NCBI GenBank assembly: GCA_030324005.1
Contig: JARDVH010000099.1
Coordinates: 53,362,297 to 53,426,296, forward strand
Length of the DNA: 64,000 nucleotides
Origin: Negaprion brevirostris
Taxonomy: Eukaryota
Reading direction: 5' to 3'
Of the stretch, positions 48,333 through 61,290 are shown piece by piece. Both the position numbers and the translations under genes were made by a program. Within the stretch, counting starts at the first letter, position 1. Each line of letters starts with the position of its first letter. The notes under the pieces were generated by a model. That model had not been told where the DNA came from, searched no databases, and was given only the letters and a program-made list of their open reading frames with translations.

Positions 48333-51300
48333 TTCATATCATTCATGCCAACTTCTATTTCCCAGAAGCAATTGATTATAAGTGGGTGGCACTGTTGCCT
48401 TCAGAAGGCCCTTAGCAAGCGTTCCTTAGCTCACTCGGAACTACCGTGCAACCAATGATAAAGGTAAATGTCTGCTGCCACTGAACATCCAATAGCCCCC
48501 ATTAATGCCGGCTACTGCAAGGCTGAGCATTCAGAGATCTCAAACAGGTGAACAATAGGAGTTACTGCCATTGCCGATCTGTTAAAACCCGCAGAAAGTC
48601 TGGGACTCAGAAAATGTCTCAATTGTCACTGATGTCCCATAACATTAGAACAGTCCACAGTTCAAACACATTCCGCGTTACTTCCAGTAATGCAGTTCAC
48701 ACTAGGTTATGATTGTGTGATTAAGTGGAGGAAAAATGTACGAAAAATGTGTATGAAGTTTTCAACAGGAAAAGTAGTGTTTCTGAATGAGAAAGCTAAG
48801 GTGTAAGATTGAACTTGTGAGCCACAGACTTCATGTATCCAAATTCAATACTCCATTGCTTTGAACTCAGCATGTCTATTTGTAGCACATGTTCTTGTAG
48901 TAAAATGACCTAATAACATTTTACAATTAATACTTTGAGCCTGTAGTGTGTACAGCAGAGAACTCTGCCACACGCGAGGAGTAATGTTTAACAGAAATGC
49001 ATGGAGTCATTGACACGTTCCACTGAATGTAATGTGTTCCTAAAAGGCTGGTTATACATAATGCATTCTTGGGGGATTTTTGGGAGGGCTTGCTTAATGA
49101 GTCATGAATTTTGAATATATATGTATGTATGTATCTGTCTAGTTTGCCTTGTTTTATGTATGAAAATAAATTAATCTGATCACTTTAACAAATGGAATGT
49201 TAAAGAAAACCTGAAGGTCACGAACACCACGTGATACAGTTTGTGACATCATTGATATTACTTCCAGGTTACAAAAATAACTAACCTACTGCACCTCAGA
49301 TCACATGCGTGGTATAATTTTCCCTTTGCTGTTCCTGAGGAACAGTACAAATGCACAACTCTTTGCCCCTGTCCCCCGCAGAAGGAATAAAATATTTAAA
49401 CTAAACTTAAGCGAACATCAGAAACAAGCATGAACATAAAAATTAATTTAAAGCTAAGGAGATTATTTTGTAAGTGACTTTTGAAAAGGATTCTGGGATG
49501 AAGAACTCTGTTCTTTAACCATTTCATTTACACACACTCACGCAGGTTTACTGGATACGGGAGGTACTCTGCTCCATTCTGGCAAATGCAGAGCCTCGAT
49601 GTAAAGGAAATGTTTGGACCTACAGTGAAAATGAGTGTCACAGATTTCAAATCTAGTTAGATCATATATTCAGCTATTTTCCCTGTTCGGGCAAAAGCAC
49701 ATTAAAATAGGTTACATTCTGAAACTCCCTTAACATGAATGAGACTGTAGAAGTCCATGGATATGGAACTACATCTGAGCATTGGCTTTTGTAAGTTTAA
49801 TTTATTTGGAGTGAACATTGAAGTTATTCTCTTGAAGTATTTATTCAGCATTTTATTGAAAGCTGTAGAGCTAGGCTTTTTTTTATTATTTGGTAATAGA
49901 TTGTTGAAAAATGCAAAACTGACCAAACTTCCAAAACTGGCCCACAGGAAAGCTTGTTTCAAATGATCGTTATGAAATGATCTTAGATTCCTTTTCTTTC
50001 TTTTATAAAAATCAGCAACTATCCGAATCATGTTCTTTTTCCCCCCTCATTTCATTCTTGCGCTGTAAACACAAAACGTTCCACTGTTCATAGCATCCTT
50101 TGGGATAAGATGCAGCTGTTTCTAAATCCTCCACCTCATGACCTCCACCTGCAGTTCTGGGTCACTGGCAGATGATGTTCGTTCTTGCAAGCTATTCTTA
50201 ATTTCTGCCTGCTCTGTATAATTTCTCTTAAGAATCCAAGTTATTTTGGCTCACCTTAGGTAGTAGCGTGTGCTAACCCAAATTAGACATGGTTCAGCCT
50301 TTATGTTCAATTTAATCATTAGGTGATGCAGGAATTGAATTGTACTCTTTTTTTAAAGAAGGAAAGCAACATTAATACATCGGTTGAAAAAGAAAGGGAT
50401 GTGTGTTATTTTCTGTGGACTTGCAATGTTAGGCCAAACTCTCTAACCAAATGGAATTAATTAGTGTTAATTAGACTTCAATGGACAGCACAGTGGGTGA
50501 GAACATTTTCTTTTCAATCCATGGATTTGGGCTTAAATCTCACCAAAATGATAAGGTGCCTTCTCTCTTGCAGCTTTCCAGAGTCTAATTAAAATGAATT
50601 GGTTCGTTCTCAGCCCAGTTTCAAGTGGGTACAAATCCATAAGTCCATAACTACTAATAACCCAATGCAGATTGTCACTTTATTAATCATTTTCTAGCAA
50701 TCTGCTTTGGTGTAATCTGCTGGATCCTTTTAGAACGCCAAGGATAGCACTGTATCCACCTTTCATAGGCGTTGCTAGGTTCCACAAGTGCATTCAAACA
50801 TCATGGAAGGGTATTAGAATCTTGATTTAAAATTGAATTCACCCATCCCCACTCCTGCCGTCCTTTATCTCATTCTAAAAATAACACTGTTAACTTTTAC
50901 TTCTGATCTCCTGTCTTATTCCTCAGTTGTCTCTCAGAATGATGGTATTTTTGTTTGTCCAGGGTTTTCCGTCTCTGCTCTAACCAGCTCCCTGTGTTTC
51001 TCATCTTCGTTTTAATGATTAGGAAAATCTTGGGCTGATAGGGAAAAGGCACAAAATCCCACGCTTTATCTCTGCTTCCTTCCACAAGCTTAGCATCTAA
51101 TTATAACTTCCTGATTTATCGCATCTATGTTATTCTGTTCAACCTTGGTGGTGTACTGCCATATGGGCTTTTATCCTTCACCTTGATTTCTCAATAAAAA
51201 GAACTCTCATAAACAGAAGCCACAAAGATGGTTGCTGTGGGAAATGGGAGTATCCCATTAGTAGAGGAGGGGGCCATCTTCTGATGTTAAAGTACATTAG

Positions 51301-54300
51301 ATTAGATTTCAGAGCTGTTAGAAAATAGAGATGGGTGTAATTCTCAATTTCACCCAGTGAATCTTCTCACCCTATGAGGATCAGAATGTTCAGAGGCCAT
51401 TGGGTCACCAGTCAAGTAGGTCGCAAAGGGATAATGGCCTGAGTTTAATGCTCTCTGACCCGGGAGGGGGGGTGGGNNNNNNNNNNNNNNNNNNNNNNNN
51501 NNNNNNNNNNNNNNNNNNNNNNNNNNNNNNNNNNNNNNNNNNNNNNNNNNNNNNNNNNNNNNNNNNNNNNNNNNNNNNNNNNNNNNNNNNNNNNNNNNNN
51601 NNNNNNNNNNNNNNNNNNNNNNNNNNNNNNNNNNNNNNNNNNNNNNNNNNNNNNNNNNNNNNNNNNNNNNNNNNNNNNNNNNNNNNNNNNNNNNNNNNNN
51701 NNNNNNNNNNNNNNNNNNNNNNNNNNNNNNNNNNNNNNNNNNNNNNNNNNNNNNNNNNNNNNNNNNNNNNNNNNNNNNNNNNNNNNNNNNNNNNNNNNNN
51801 NNNNNNNNNNNNNNNNNNNNNNNNNNNNNNNNNNNNNNNNNNNNNNNNNNNNNNNNNNNNNNNNNNNNNNNNNNNNNNNNNNNNNNNNNNNNNAACTTGC
51901 CAAGGGCCTAGGCTTAGGCTGAGGCATCCTCCTGCATTTATGTGAGGTGATACACTTTGGAAAGAGTAACTTGACAAGGAATGGCATGACACCAGGAAGT
52001 TCTGTGGACCAGAGGGACCTTTTCCATAGATCTCTAAAGAAACTTTAAAGTTTTATCTTTCGGTGTCTTGAGGCTTGGAAATAAAATGGATTAAGTAGCT
52101 TGTAACCCTGAGGAACATTTGAGCAGGTCATTAAGCCCTGGTGTTCTGGAACTCTCCACACCAAACATCAATGTATCTTAACTTGCCAGTTCTTTGTAGG
52201 GGGAAAATTAATTGGAAATTAGGTGGAAACAAATCTTATGTCAATTTACCATATTACCAATACTACCATCTGCCCTGGTTTGGGGGAAATGTGAAAGGGC
52301 CTTTGCTCTGTATCTAATTGAAGTTTTACCCTAATTTAGGTGAATGTGGGGCAGACACTGGATGTTCAAAGTAGGATATCAAGCAGTCACTAAATCTCTG
52401 ACCTCTCAGTGATAAATATAGTGTTTAAACTTCCTTCCACACCCACTGAATTAATGCAAGCTATGNNNNNNNNNNNNNNNNNNNNNNNNNNNNNNNNNNN
52501 NNNNNNNNNNNNNNNNNNNNNNNNNNNNNNNNNNNNNNNNNNNNNNNNNNNNNNNNNNNNNNNNNNNNNNNNNNNNNNNNNNNNNNNNNNNNNNNNNNNN
52601 NNNNNNNNNNNNNNNNNNNNNNNNNNNNNNNNNNNNNNNNNNNNNNNNNNNNNNNNNNNNNNNNNNNNNNNNNNNNNNNNNNNNNNNNNNNNNNNNNNNN
52701 NNNNNNNNNNNNNNNNNNNNNNNNNNNNNNNAAATAATAAAACATCCACAGGCTGTACGTGTGAACGAAATGCATTCCACGAAAAAGCTTTGTGGAACCA
52801 CACATCTTGTGTGAAAATATAGCCTTGAGTCCTTAGCCCTTATTCATAGTGAGAAGCTAGAAATTTACTTCCTTTGTAGAATTAATTAATGACTGCAGGT
52901 ACAAAATAACCATCCATCCCAGTTGGGGTCTCAGAGTCTCTGACTGGATGATTTTCGATGATTCCCAGGGTTCTTGATTGTTGATTTTAAAGAGCCGATC
53001 GCTGCACGTAGGTTTTATGTATGAGGGTTAAACTAGTTGAATTAATACAGAGCATAAAAGGCATTGTAAATCAAATAATCATGAATTACTAAAAACTGCA
53101 AGGGGCCATCCATAATTTTCATCCTTTCATAAGAGTAAAATCATTGCTTATCTCCGTATTACACAAACATGCCAAGAAATGATAAATTGATCATTTTATA
53201 TAGATAGGGAATTAACTCTTTCCCATTCCAATGAATTTTTGTGACAATGGCTATGACTATACAGACAATCCCTTACCTATTTTGTAAGACTATTTAATTA
53301 CTGAAGTAATAAACATGTTCCACTGTTTCTAAGATATATACACATATTGAGTTTCCCGTCAGAGCTTGTGAGAATTATCCTGTTCTGTCTAATGTTCCTA
53401 AACGGTATTTTCACATTTTTGTGTTGATGTGGCCTTGCAACGAACAATAGGTATTTCACAAGTTAAAAAAAATTATAAATTCGTTCCCCACAAAATGCAA
53501 GTGCCCTTAAACTGAGCCCCCGACTCTAACTTCTACATCTACATTTAAAAATCCCACTCAGTGATATTAACAAAACTACCGATTAAACAAGCACATTATA
53601 GCAAAGTGATTGTAATGTAGGAACCAAAACACAGACCATTGTGTGACAGACTTAAATGGCAATGAGAGGTTTACAGGAATATTTTAGAAACATTTTGTCT
53701 AAAGGNNNNNNNNNNNNNNNNNNNNNNNNNNNNNNNNNNNNNNNNNNNNNNNNNNNNNNNNNNNNNNNNNNNNNNNNNNNNNNNNNNNNNNNNNNNGTGT
53801 CATACATTTAATTACCTGCGATGAATGATGCTCTTTATTTTATTTTGTGATTATTTTTCTGTGTACAAGAAAGGTCACTACCCTGTTTAAAGAAAAAAAT
53901 CCTTTGTCAGATTTCCACAGCCCTCACGATATCTAAAGTGGAACATGGAAAGGATTAGAAGGGAATGCATTTCGATACAAATTTTAGACAATAGTGGCCG
54001 TCATTTCAGACCTGGCTTCCTGTTCCCTGCACTAGTTATGGAACTGCACATTTAAAAGGAATTAAATCCCATTTAAAAAGCATGACAGCAAATTAGAAAA
54101 TGTTAGGCAGCATTTAGAAATAGAAAGAACATTTTGCATTACATTAGCTCATCAAACCCCCACATAATTAGGAATCCATTTTATGTGGCATTAAATTTTC
54201 CGGTTCTTTCAAGAGTGGTGCAAATATTATAAATCTGAAAATGACAATATATGTGTATGTTTGAGTATTGTGTGATTGCCGAGTGACTCTGTGGGAGATG

Positions 54301-55319
54301 ACAGCTTTGTAATTTGCATATTGTTAGTGGAGGTTGTGATATGTTTGTGTGTGTGTGTGTATGGTGGGGGAGTGCTATCATTGAGAAGCGAAGACTGTTA
54401 ACAGTAAAGTGCAGCATCTGCTGGACTGATATGAAAATAGCAGCAAGCGCACTGTGGAGCAGGAGCCTCAAGGCATCTGCAAAGAAGTTTGGAAATGCTG
54501 CAGTCAGTTCCGAATGCTGGACCTAATTTTTTATGTCTGCTTTTGTATATGTTTGATCGAGTTCTGTTCAGCAAAATAAAAATAACTAATCTTTAACCAA
54601 GTAGATTTATTTCAATTATGCTTCTCTCTCTTTCATAAAACTGTATGATATGGTGAAATGTTATTAAATGCACATAAGCAGCAAAAGGAAATAGCTCTAT
54701 CGTCTTCCCGATGGAAGCAGTTCCCAAAGCATTTGACTTGTCCTGTATTCAAGATGCTTGGGTGAGAGAGCCATAGTTGAGCCCGGAAGCTGGTAGGTGT
54801 TGTGTCATCTTTCAACAGCCCATAGAATGCATTGCTGTTCCCAGCAAACTGAAACAATGACTTAGATTTCTAAGTGAAAATGGAAGTTAAAATTCCAACC
54901 TCTGTACCCGTTCCAATTCCAATGCCTTTGACTTTTCTTAGTCAAGAATATGGAGATTCAAAGCATGAAATGGGACATTTAGGACAAACCACCAGTACAA
55001 GGAGCGATCAATCTTTTGTGTTAAAGTGCTTCAATCTTCCTTCATTCTTAGCTTTGATGTGAATCTCACACCCATTGCCTTCTGCACACCCCCTTAACCC
55101 CCTTAACATCTCTCAACTTTCCATTACCCGAGATCTCAGTCAATGACTGGTAACTTCTGATCAATTCCCCCTCACAGCTCTCCCACCCAAAAATACTCAA
55201 ATGAACTAATTCCCAACTCCTTCACCTTTGATGCTCCATCACAACGCTTCTGTAGCTTTCACATTTCTTCATTTCAATGTCTAGCCCCCAGCAACTTAAT
55301 CTCTATAATCCCGTCCATG

Positions 55320-56390
55320 AAATGAACAAGAATGAAAGAAAATATAACCATTCTGAAGGGGGTATAGGAGATGAGGAATCAGGGAATGCATTTGTCTCAA
55401 TTGTTGAAGGCGACAGTGAAGGTTCAGAAGGTGATTAGAAAGGCATATCAGACCCTGGATTTTATCAATTGAGGCACTGAGCTCAAAATTAAGGAAGTTT
55501 TGATGAAACTTTATAAGACATTTGTTGGGCCTCAGCTTGAGCATTGTTCCTAACGCTAGGCACCACATCATAGGAAGGCGTTGGAGAGGGTTCAGAAAAG
55601 ATTCCTGCTAATGATTCCAGGAATGAGGGACTTAGAACATAAGAACATAAGAACTAGGAGCAGGAGTAGGCCATCTAGCCCTTCGAGCCTGCCCCGCCAT
55701 TCAATAAGAACATAAGAACATAAGAAATAGGAGCAGGAGTAGGCCATCCAGCCCTTCGAGCCTGCCCCGCCATTCAATNNNNNNNNNNNNNNNNNNNNNN
55801 NNNNNNNNNNNNNNNNNNNNNNNNNNNNNNNNNNNNNNNNNNNNNNNNNNNNNNNNNNNNNNNNNNNNNNNNNNNNNNCCTATCTAAATCCTTCTGCAGA
55901 CTCTCCACACCCTCCGCGCAATTTGCCGTTCCACCAATCTTGGTGTCATCAGCAATAAGACTTCAGGTACATGGGTAGGTTGCAGAGGCTGGTGTTGTTC
56001 TTGAAGAGAAAGAAGCTGAGAGGAAATTAGATAGCAGTGTTTAAAATCATGAAGGGTTTGGACAGAGCAGACACAGAGGAACTGTTCCCCTTGGCAGAAG
56101 GGTTGAGAGCCACAGGACACCGATGTAAGGTGAAAAGCAAAGGAAGCAAAGGCAATATTGGAAAAATGATTTTTAAACAGTGAGCAGTTAGGGACTGGAA
56201 TGTACCACTTGAGGGCAAGGTGCAGGCAATTTCAATCGTGGCTTTCAAAAAATAATTGAATAATTATCTGAAGAGAGATGTTTTGCAGGGCTACTGGGAA
56301 AGATCTTGGGAGTGGGACCAGCTGAGTTACTCTTACAAAGAGATAACATGGGCAGAAAGGAATAAATAGTGCTATACCCTGTCTATGACT
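55320..56390 (+). mobile_element. CR1 LINE 3' fragment, split by a younger antisense CR1
   Basis: LYKTFVGPQLEHC and ALERVQKRF motifs before 55633. It resumes after 55955 with LFS/RRLRG-like motifs and the 3' UTR. Confidence 0.8.
55633..55955 (-). mobile_element. Younger CR1 LINE insertion with duplicated 3' end and internal gap
   Basis: Reverse translation of 55879-55953 gives ADDTKIGGTANCAEGVESLQKDLDR (RT catalytic region). The 3' end (TTCTTATG)n appears twice in tandem at 55633-55778. Confidence 0.88.
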
Positions 56391-56816
56391 CTATCTGCAC
56401 CCATTTCCAGCTGAATTCTGAAATTCACCAAAGAAAGGGCAGAGATCAATGTAACCACACCCTGCCCAAATCTCTGCTCTGTCCACCCAGTTAACAATGT
56501 ACCTCCAAAGTTAAGAAATATTTCCTTTCTTGTCTTTGGCATGAAATTCTCAAATTGACATCATGTTAATACTCTGAAATTTGGAAAAGTAAGTTTACTG
56601 AAATAGATTACCATGAAGCCGACCATGATGATCTCATGCTTGTAGAGGAAAAAATTATAATTACTTTCAAACCTACCCAAGCCAACACTGAAGCACTTCA
56701 TTGATGAATCAACTATTATTCTTCACGATCCTCCATTGCAATCTCATCTAATCTTTCTCCATCACAATTCATCCTTAATTTCTTTAGCCATCTTTCTATA
56801 TTGCATAGCTATTCAG

Positions 56817-57122
56817 ACACCTGTAGCACAGTGGTTAGCACTGCTGCTGCACAGTGCCACGGATCCAGGTTCGATTCCCAGCTTGGATGACTGTCGTGTG
56901 GAGTTTGCCGGTTCGTCCTGTGTTGGCATGGGTTTCCTCTGGGTGCTCTGGTTTCCTCCCATAGTCCGAAAAACGTGCTGGTTAGGTGCATTGGCCATGC
57001 TAAATTCTCCCTCAGTGTGCCCAAACAGATGCCGGAGTGTGGCAACTCATGGATTTTCACAGTAATTTCATTACAGTGTTCATGAAAGTCTACTTTTGAC
57101 ACTAATAAATAAACTTTAAACT
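56817..57122 (+). mobile_element. V-SINE, full length, type B tail
   Basis: GCACAGTGGTTAGCACTGCTG head, GGTTCGATTCCC B-box and AATAAATAAACTTTAAAC end. Confidence 0.93.
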
Positions 57123-57812
57123 TGAATCAGATACAATCTCTACTCCATAAATTTCACCTGGTTTTACACAATAATTTCCCCATTTCGTCTCTATCTTTGA
57201 AGATGGTCAAACATTGACTTGTTTTTATCACATTAAATTGTTCCTGAACGCAGAAATATGGCAACTACTGAAATCAGAGCAAATGGATTTCCTCATAAGA
57301 GGAAGAACTCTGATTGTCATGCATGGTCATTCTATATAAGCATTATTTAGGAATGCATTAATAATGTCACTACACACTGCAATCATACAATTCTTGCTTC
57401 CCAATGTCATACTTCTCATTTTACAAGGTTACTAAATTTGATATATAATTGTTCTGAATTGTTATGAACAAAAAAGAAGCCAGCAAACAACTGATTGCTC
57501 CTGGACTTGGTTCTGTCCAGTTTTATTAAGATCAACAAACTAGATAGGACTAACCTACTTCACAAGAAGATGTGAAAATAGAAATCAGACAAAACCATTT
57601 GGCCCATTAAGCTCACAGACTATTTACAATTAGCACAAACACAAATTTTCTTCATTGTCATTCTGTAGTATAGAACTTAAGTATTGATGAGAAAAAAGAA
57701 ACTTTTTGCCTTGTACCCATTAGGATATTTGTGACAATATTAATATAAGGGAAATTAACAAAAGTGTGCTGTCTGAGAAGAAAATGCTGATTTGTTGCCA
57801 AGTGGACTCTTT

Positions 57813-58080
57813 GGACAGCACAGTGGCACAAAGGTTAGCACTGCTGCCACACAGCACCAGGGACTTAGGTTCGATTCTCGGCTTGGGTCACTGTCTGTGT
57901 GGAGTCTGCACGTTCTCTCCATGTTTGCATGGGTTTCCTCCAGGTGCTCCAGCTTCCTCCCACAGTCCAAAAGACATACCGGTTAGGTGGATTGGCCATG
58001 TTAAAATTTGATTAGGGGATTTTTACGGTAACTTCTTCAAGTGTTAATGTAAGCCTACTTGTGACAATAAATAAATAAAT
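57813..58080 (+). mobile_element. V-SINE, type B tail with internal deletion
   Basis: Head and V-domain intact. The tail lacks the CTCAGTGTACCCGAAC segment. Confidence 0.88.
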
Positions 58081-58081
58081 T

Positions 58082-58310
58082 GATTGGTAGATGTGTTGCC
58101 ATGGAGAGTGCACTTCTTAATGGTGACTGACAGTTTACTGTGCATTCACCATGGCAACACATTGACCAATCCGAGTCCACTTGCCAACTAATCAGCACTT
58201 GCTTCTCATACCGATTACATTTGCTGATTTCCCTCATGTGGTTGCAATTGCTCTGACGAGTACAAGACAAAAAACTTTGACCAAAAAGTATCTTTTTTAT
58301 TTTCAGCTGT
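58082..58310 (+). mobile_element. Hairpin-bearing repeat with a degenerate hammerhead-like core (Penelope-like)
   Basis: Inverted repeat at 58082-58112 and 58140-58171. CTGACGA-GT-ACAAG-AC-AAAA at 58253-58272. Confidence 0.5.
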
Positions 58311-59129
58311 ACTCAATTTTATTTATCCAAAATAAAATCTAAAACCAGATGGCTCTCTCCACAAGTTCAGAAGACCAGTAAATCAGGGGAAATAAAACAA
58401 TGTAAGTGATTTTTAAATGACCTAAAATGAGGTATATTCCTCGCATGGCTAATTCAGAAAATGAATGATGTGGACGGATAGCTCGTTAGCATAACGTTAT
58501 TATATACATTTTTTTTGGATCCAGCAAGAATAGTTCAATTTTGCGCATGGTCGCAAGTCATGTCCGATGTCAGGAAACAGACACAAAAAGTCAAAGGCTT
58601 GTTTTGTCTACAAACCGCGTGTTCATTTTCATGAATTTGTGGCAAAGGAAGGATATTTTAGCTTTCCTCCTCAATAAATGTAAAAGTTATGGTTGGGATA
58701 AACAGAGGTTGTAAATTGAATCTAAACTGAGAAGAATTTGATTCTGGCATCACTATACACAGTTTGTTTCCAGATTGTCTTGTACTATTCACTAAAAAGG
58801 GAGCTGGGGATATGCAAAGATTAATGTTTTCTGGTTTCTGTCTGCTAAGTCAACGTATATTGTTATTTTTAAGGTGATCAGCAATATTACCATTCTTTAA
58901 GCTTGACGTATAATAGATACTGGAAATTTCAAAACAAAGCCACTAATTTATATGTACTTCATTTAATCTAATAAGCTGTATTCACCATGCACAATGTGAC
59001 CATTGGGCTATAGTGGGCTAATCAAATACTGAAAATGTAACCATTTGCCATTCATCTCCATTCTGTCTGAAAGTGCATTCCTGATCTGCCAGTGGCTCCC
59101 CTTTCCTTCTCTTACCTCTGAAGCATTGG

Positions 59130-59432
59130 TTTTAATTTTATTAGTGTCACAAGTAGGCATACATTAACGCTGTGTTAAAATTACTGTGAAGCTCCCCTAG
59201 TCGCCACACTCTGCCATCTGTTCGGGCATATCAAGGGAGAATTTAACACGGCCAATGCACCTCACCAACACATCTTTTGGGCTATGGGAAGAAATCAGAG
59301 CACCCAGAGGAAACCCATGCAGACACAAGGAGAAAATGCAGACTCCACATAGACAGTTACCCAAGCCAGGAATTGAACCCAGGTCCCTGGTGCTGCGAGG
59401 CAGCGGTGCTAATCACGGTGCCACCGTGTTGC
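59130..59432 (-). mobile_element. V-SINE, full length, type B tail
   Basis: Head CACGGTGGCACCGTGATTAGCACCGCTGCCTC on the reverse strand, and the type B tail. Confidence 0.92.
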
Positions 59433-60082
59433 CAGTGCTTAGCATTTACTAATCTGATAAGGTTTATTGGAAGATTTGTGAACAATAGAAGCAGAAGACA
59501 ACTTCAGCTGGTGTGTAGAACAGGTGGGAGTGAAATGGCCCCTGCAATGCATTGCACCAATTTTCCTTTCTATCCACTTACTTGCATTTCCTTGGGCCTC
59601 CCATTTCCTCAGCATTTTACATAGAAAGATACAATATGAAGCTGCCTGATCTATCCAACCAATCCATATTGAAGCTTAGCTGCGCATAAGCAGCAACCTT
59701 AATGTAATGTACCCACCTTGATCTCATGTCTTTATTCTCTTTTTCTTTTTCTAATATCTAAGATTTCCTCTGGGTCTAACAGCCACAGGCCTCTGACCAG
59801 CTTCTTCATGCTGTCCTTGCTCCTTTAGGATTTACTCATGGAAGCTGCCAAAGTGGCAGACTGCTCAACATTTAATCCGTCAGCCCAGTGATTGTCTGTG
59901 AAGGTGCTTACAGATGTTGTCAAATTGCTCCGATTATAGTGAGGCCCCCAATTCTGGGCCAGTCTTGAGCATCCAGTTCTGGGCACGCTTCCCTGTCCAA
60001 AACTGAGTAGCGCCACAGTTCTCATCTGATGTTTCATTGTCATGTTACTCCTCTTTCCTGCTGGCATAACTTAAATCATCTA

Positions 60083-60388
60083 AGCAGCATGGTGGCCCAG
60101 TGGTTAGCACTGATGCCTCACAGCACCAATAACCTGGGTTCAATTCCCGTCTCGGGTCACTGTCTGTCCGGAGTGTGCACATTCTCCCTGTGTCTGCGTG
60201 GGTTTCTTCCGGGTGCTCCGGTTTCCTCCCACAGTCTGAAAGACATGCTGGTTAGCTGCATTAGCCACGCTAAATTTTCCCTCGGTGCGTCCGAACAGGC
60301 ACCAGAATCTGATGACTAGGGGATTTTCACAGTAACTTAATTGCAATGTTAATGTAAGCCTACTTGTGACTAATAAATAAATTTTAAA
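60083..60388 (+). mobile_element. V-SINE, full length, type B tail
   Basis: GCAGCATGGTGGCCCAGTGGTTAGCACTG head, V-domain and GTAAGCCTACTTGTGACTAATAAATAA end. Confidence 0.93.
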
Positions 60389-61097
60389 CATGAAGAGTCA
60401 TTTTGGTATAGATGGTGGAACTTCCAAAACAGCAGGATTTATCTTATCAAAAATAATTAATTCACAGAATGTCTCAGCTTCACAGGGGCATAAAGAAACA
60501 AAATATGAAACAAAGCCATATGAGGAGATGATTAAAAGGCTGGTCAAAGAGGTAGATTAATCCTCTAACTTGTATACATGAAGCTTCTTAGAGACAAGTG
60601 TGCTTTTTGAGAATATATACTCCACTGCAATTAAATGTGTATATTACAATGTATGTTCCGTTTTATTTGAGATGCACTCCAATTCTTACTCTTTACATCA
60701 TTTTTACCTCCATTTTTTAATTTGGAATGATAGGTTATTGTATTCTCAAAAACAGTAAAGGAAAATGAGGCGTGTAAACAAAATACGATTTTAAATAAAT
60801 GGAAGAGTATAAGACTCTCAACAAGTATAATGGTGGACTTGGGAAAAATCCATTATCAAATAATCAAAAAGATTATCAACATCTTTTAGTGTATGAGGTC
60901 TGACGGGAAATCCAGTATACTTGAAGTTGAAAGAAGTGTGAAGTGATTTACTTTATTAGTTTCAATACACAATTTAGCACTGTGACTTTTCATCCTATTT
61001 TTGTGAAAAGTAACATTTTAATTTGTGTCACATTTTAAAGGAAATAAACCTTACTTTCTCAGCGACAAGAATATTTTTAAGCAATATGCCTTCACTG

Positions 61098-61290
61098 AAT
61101 GAAAGAAAGAGGAGAAAGAAGGAACGGAACAGGACAAAGAAGGAAAGATAGAAAGAGGAGAAAGAAGGAAAGACAAACTTTATATTGCACTTTTCACAAC
61201 CCCATGATGTCCCAATGCACTTTATTATCAATAAATTACTTTGAAATAGAGGAGTCACTATTGTAACATAAGAAACCATCTCCCACCCTG
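61098..61290 (-). mobile_element. DeuSINE/L2-type 3' tail with an expanded purine-rich simple repeat
   Basis: Reverse complement TTACAATAGTGACTCC..TTCAAAGTAATTTATTG..GCATTGGGACATC..GTGAAAAGTGCAATAT matches the 35875-35985 tail. GAAAGAGGAGAAAGAAGGAA is duplicated. Confidence 0.65.

Noticed and set aside
54314-54526. GC-richer 70-aa ORF after a (TG)n repeat
   Set aside because: No convincing splice sites on either strand and no recognisable protein motif.
55633-55778. Direct repeats superficially like a CRISPR array
   Set aside because: Two adjacent copies of a CR1 3' end with no spacers and no cas genes, in a vertebrate context.
56817-56890. tRNA-like A and B boxes
   Set aside because: These are SINE heads continuing into the V-domain, with no complete cloverleaf.
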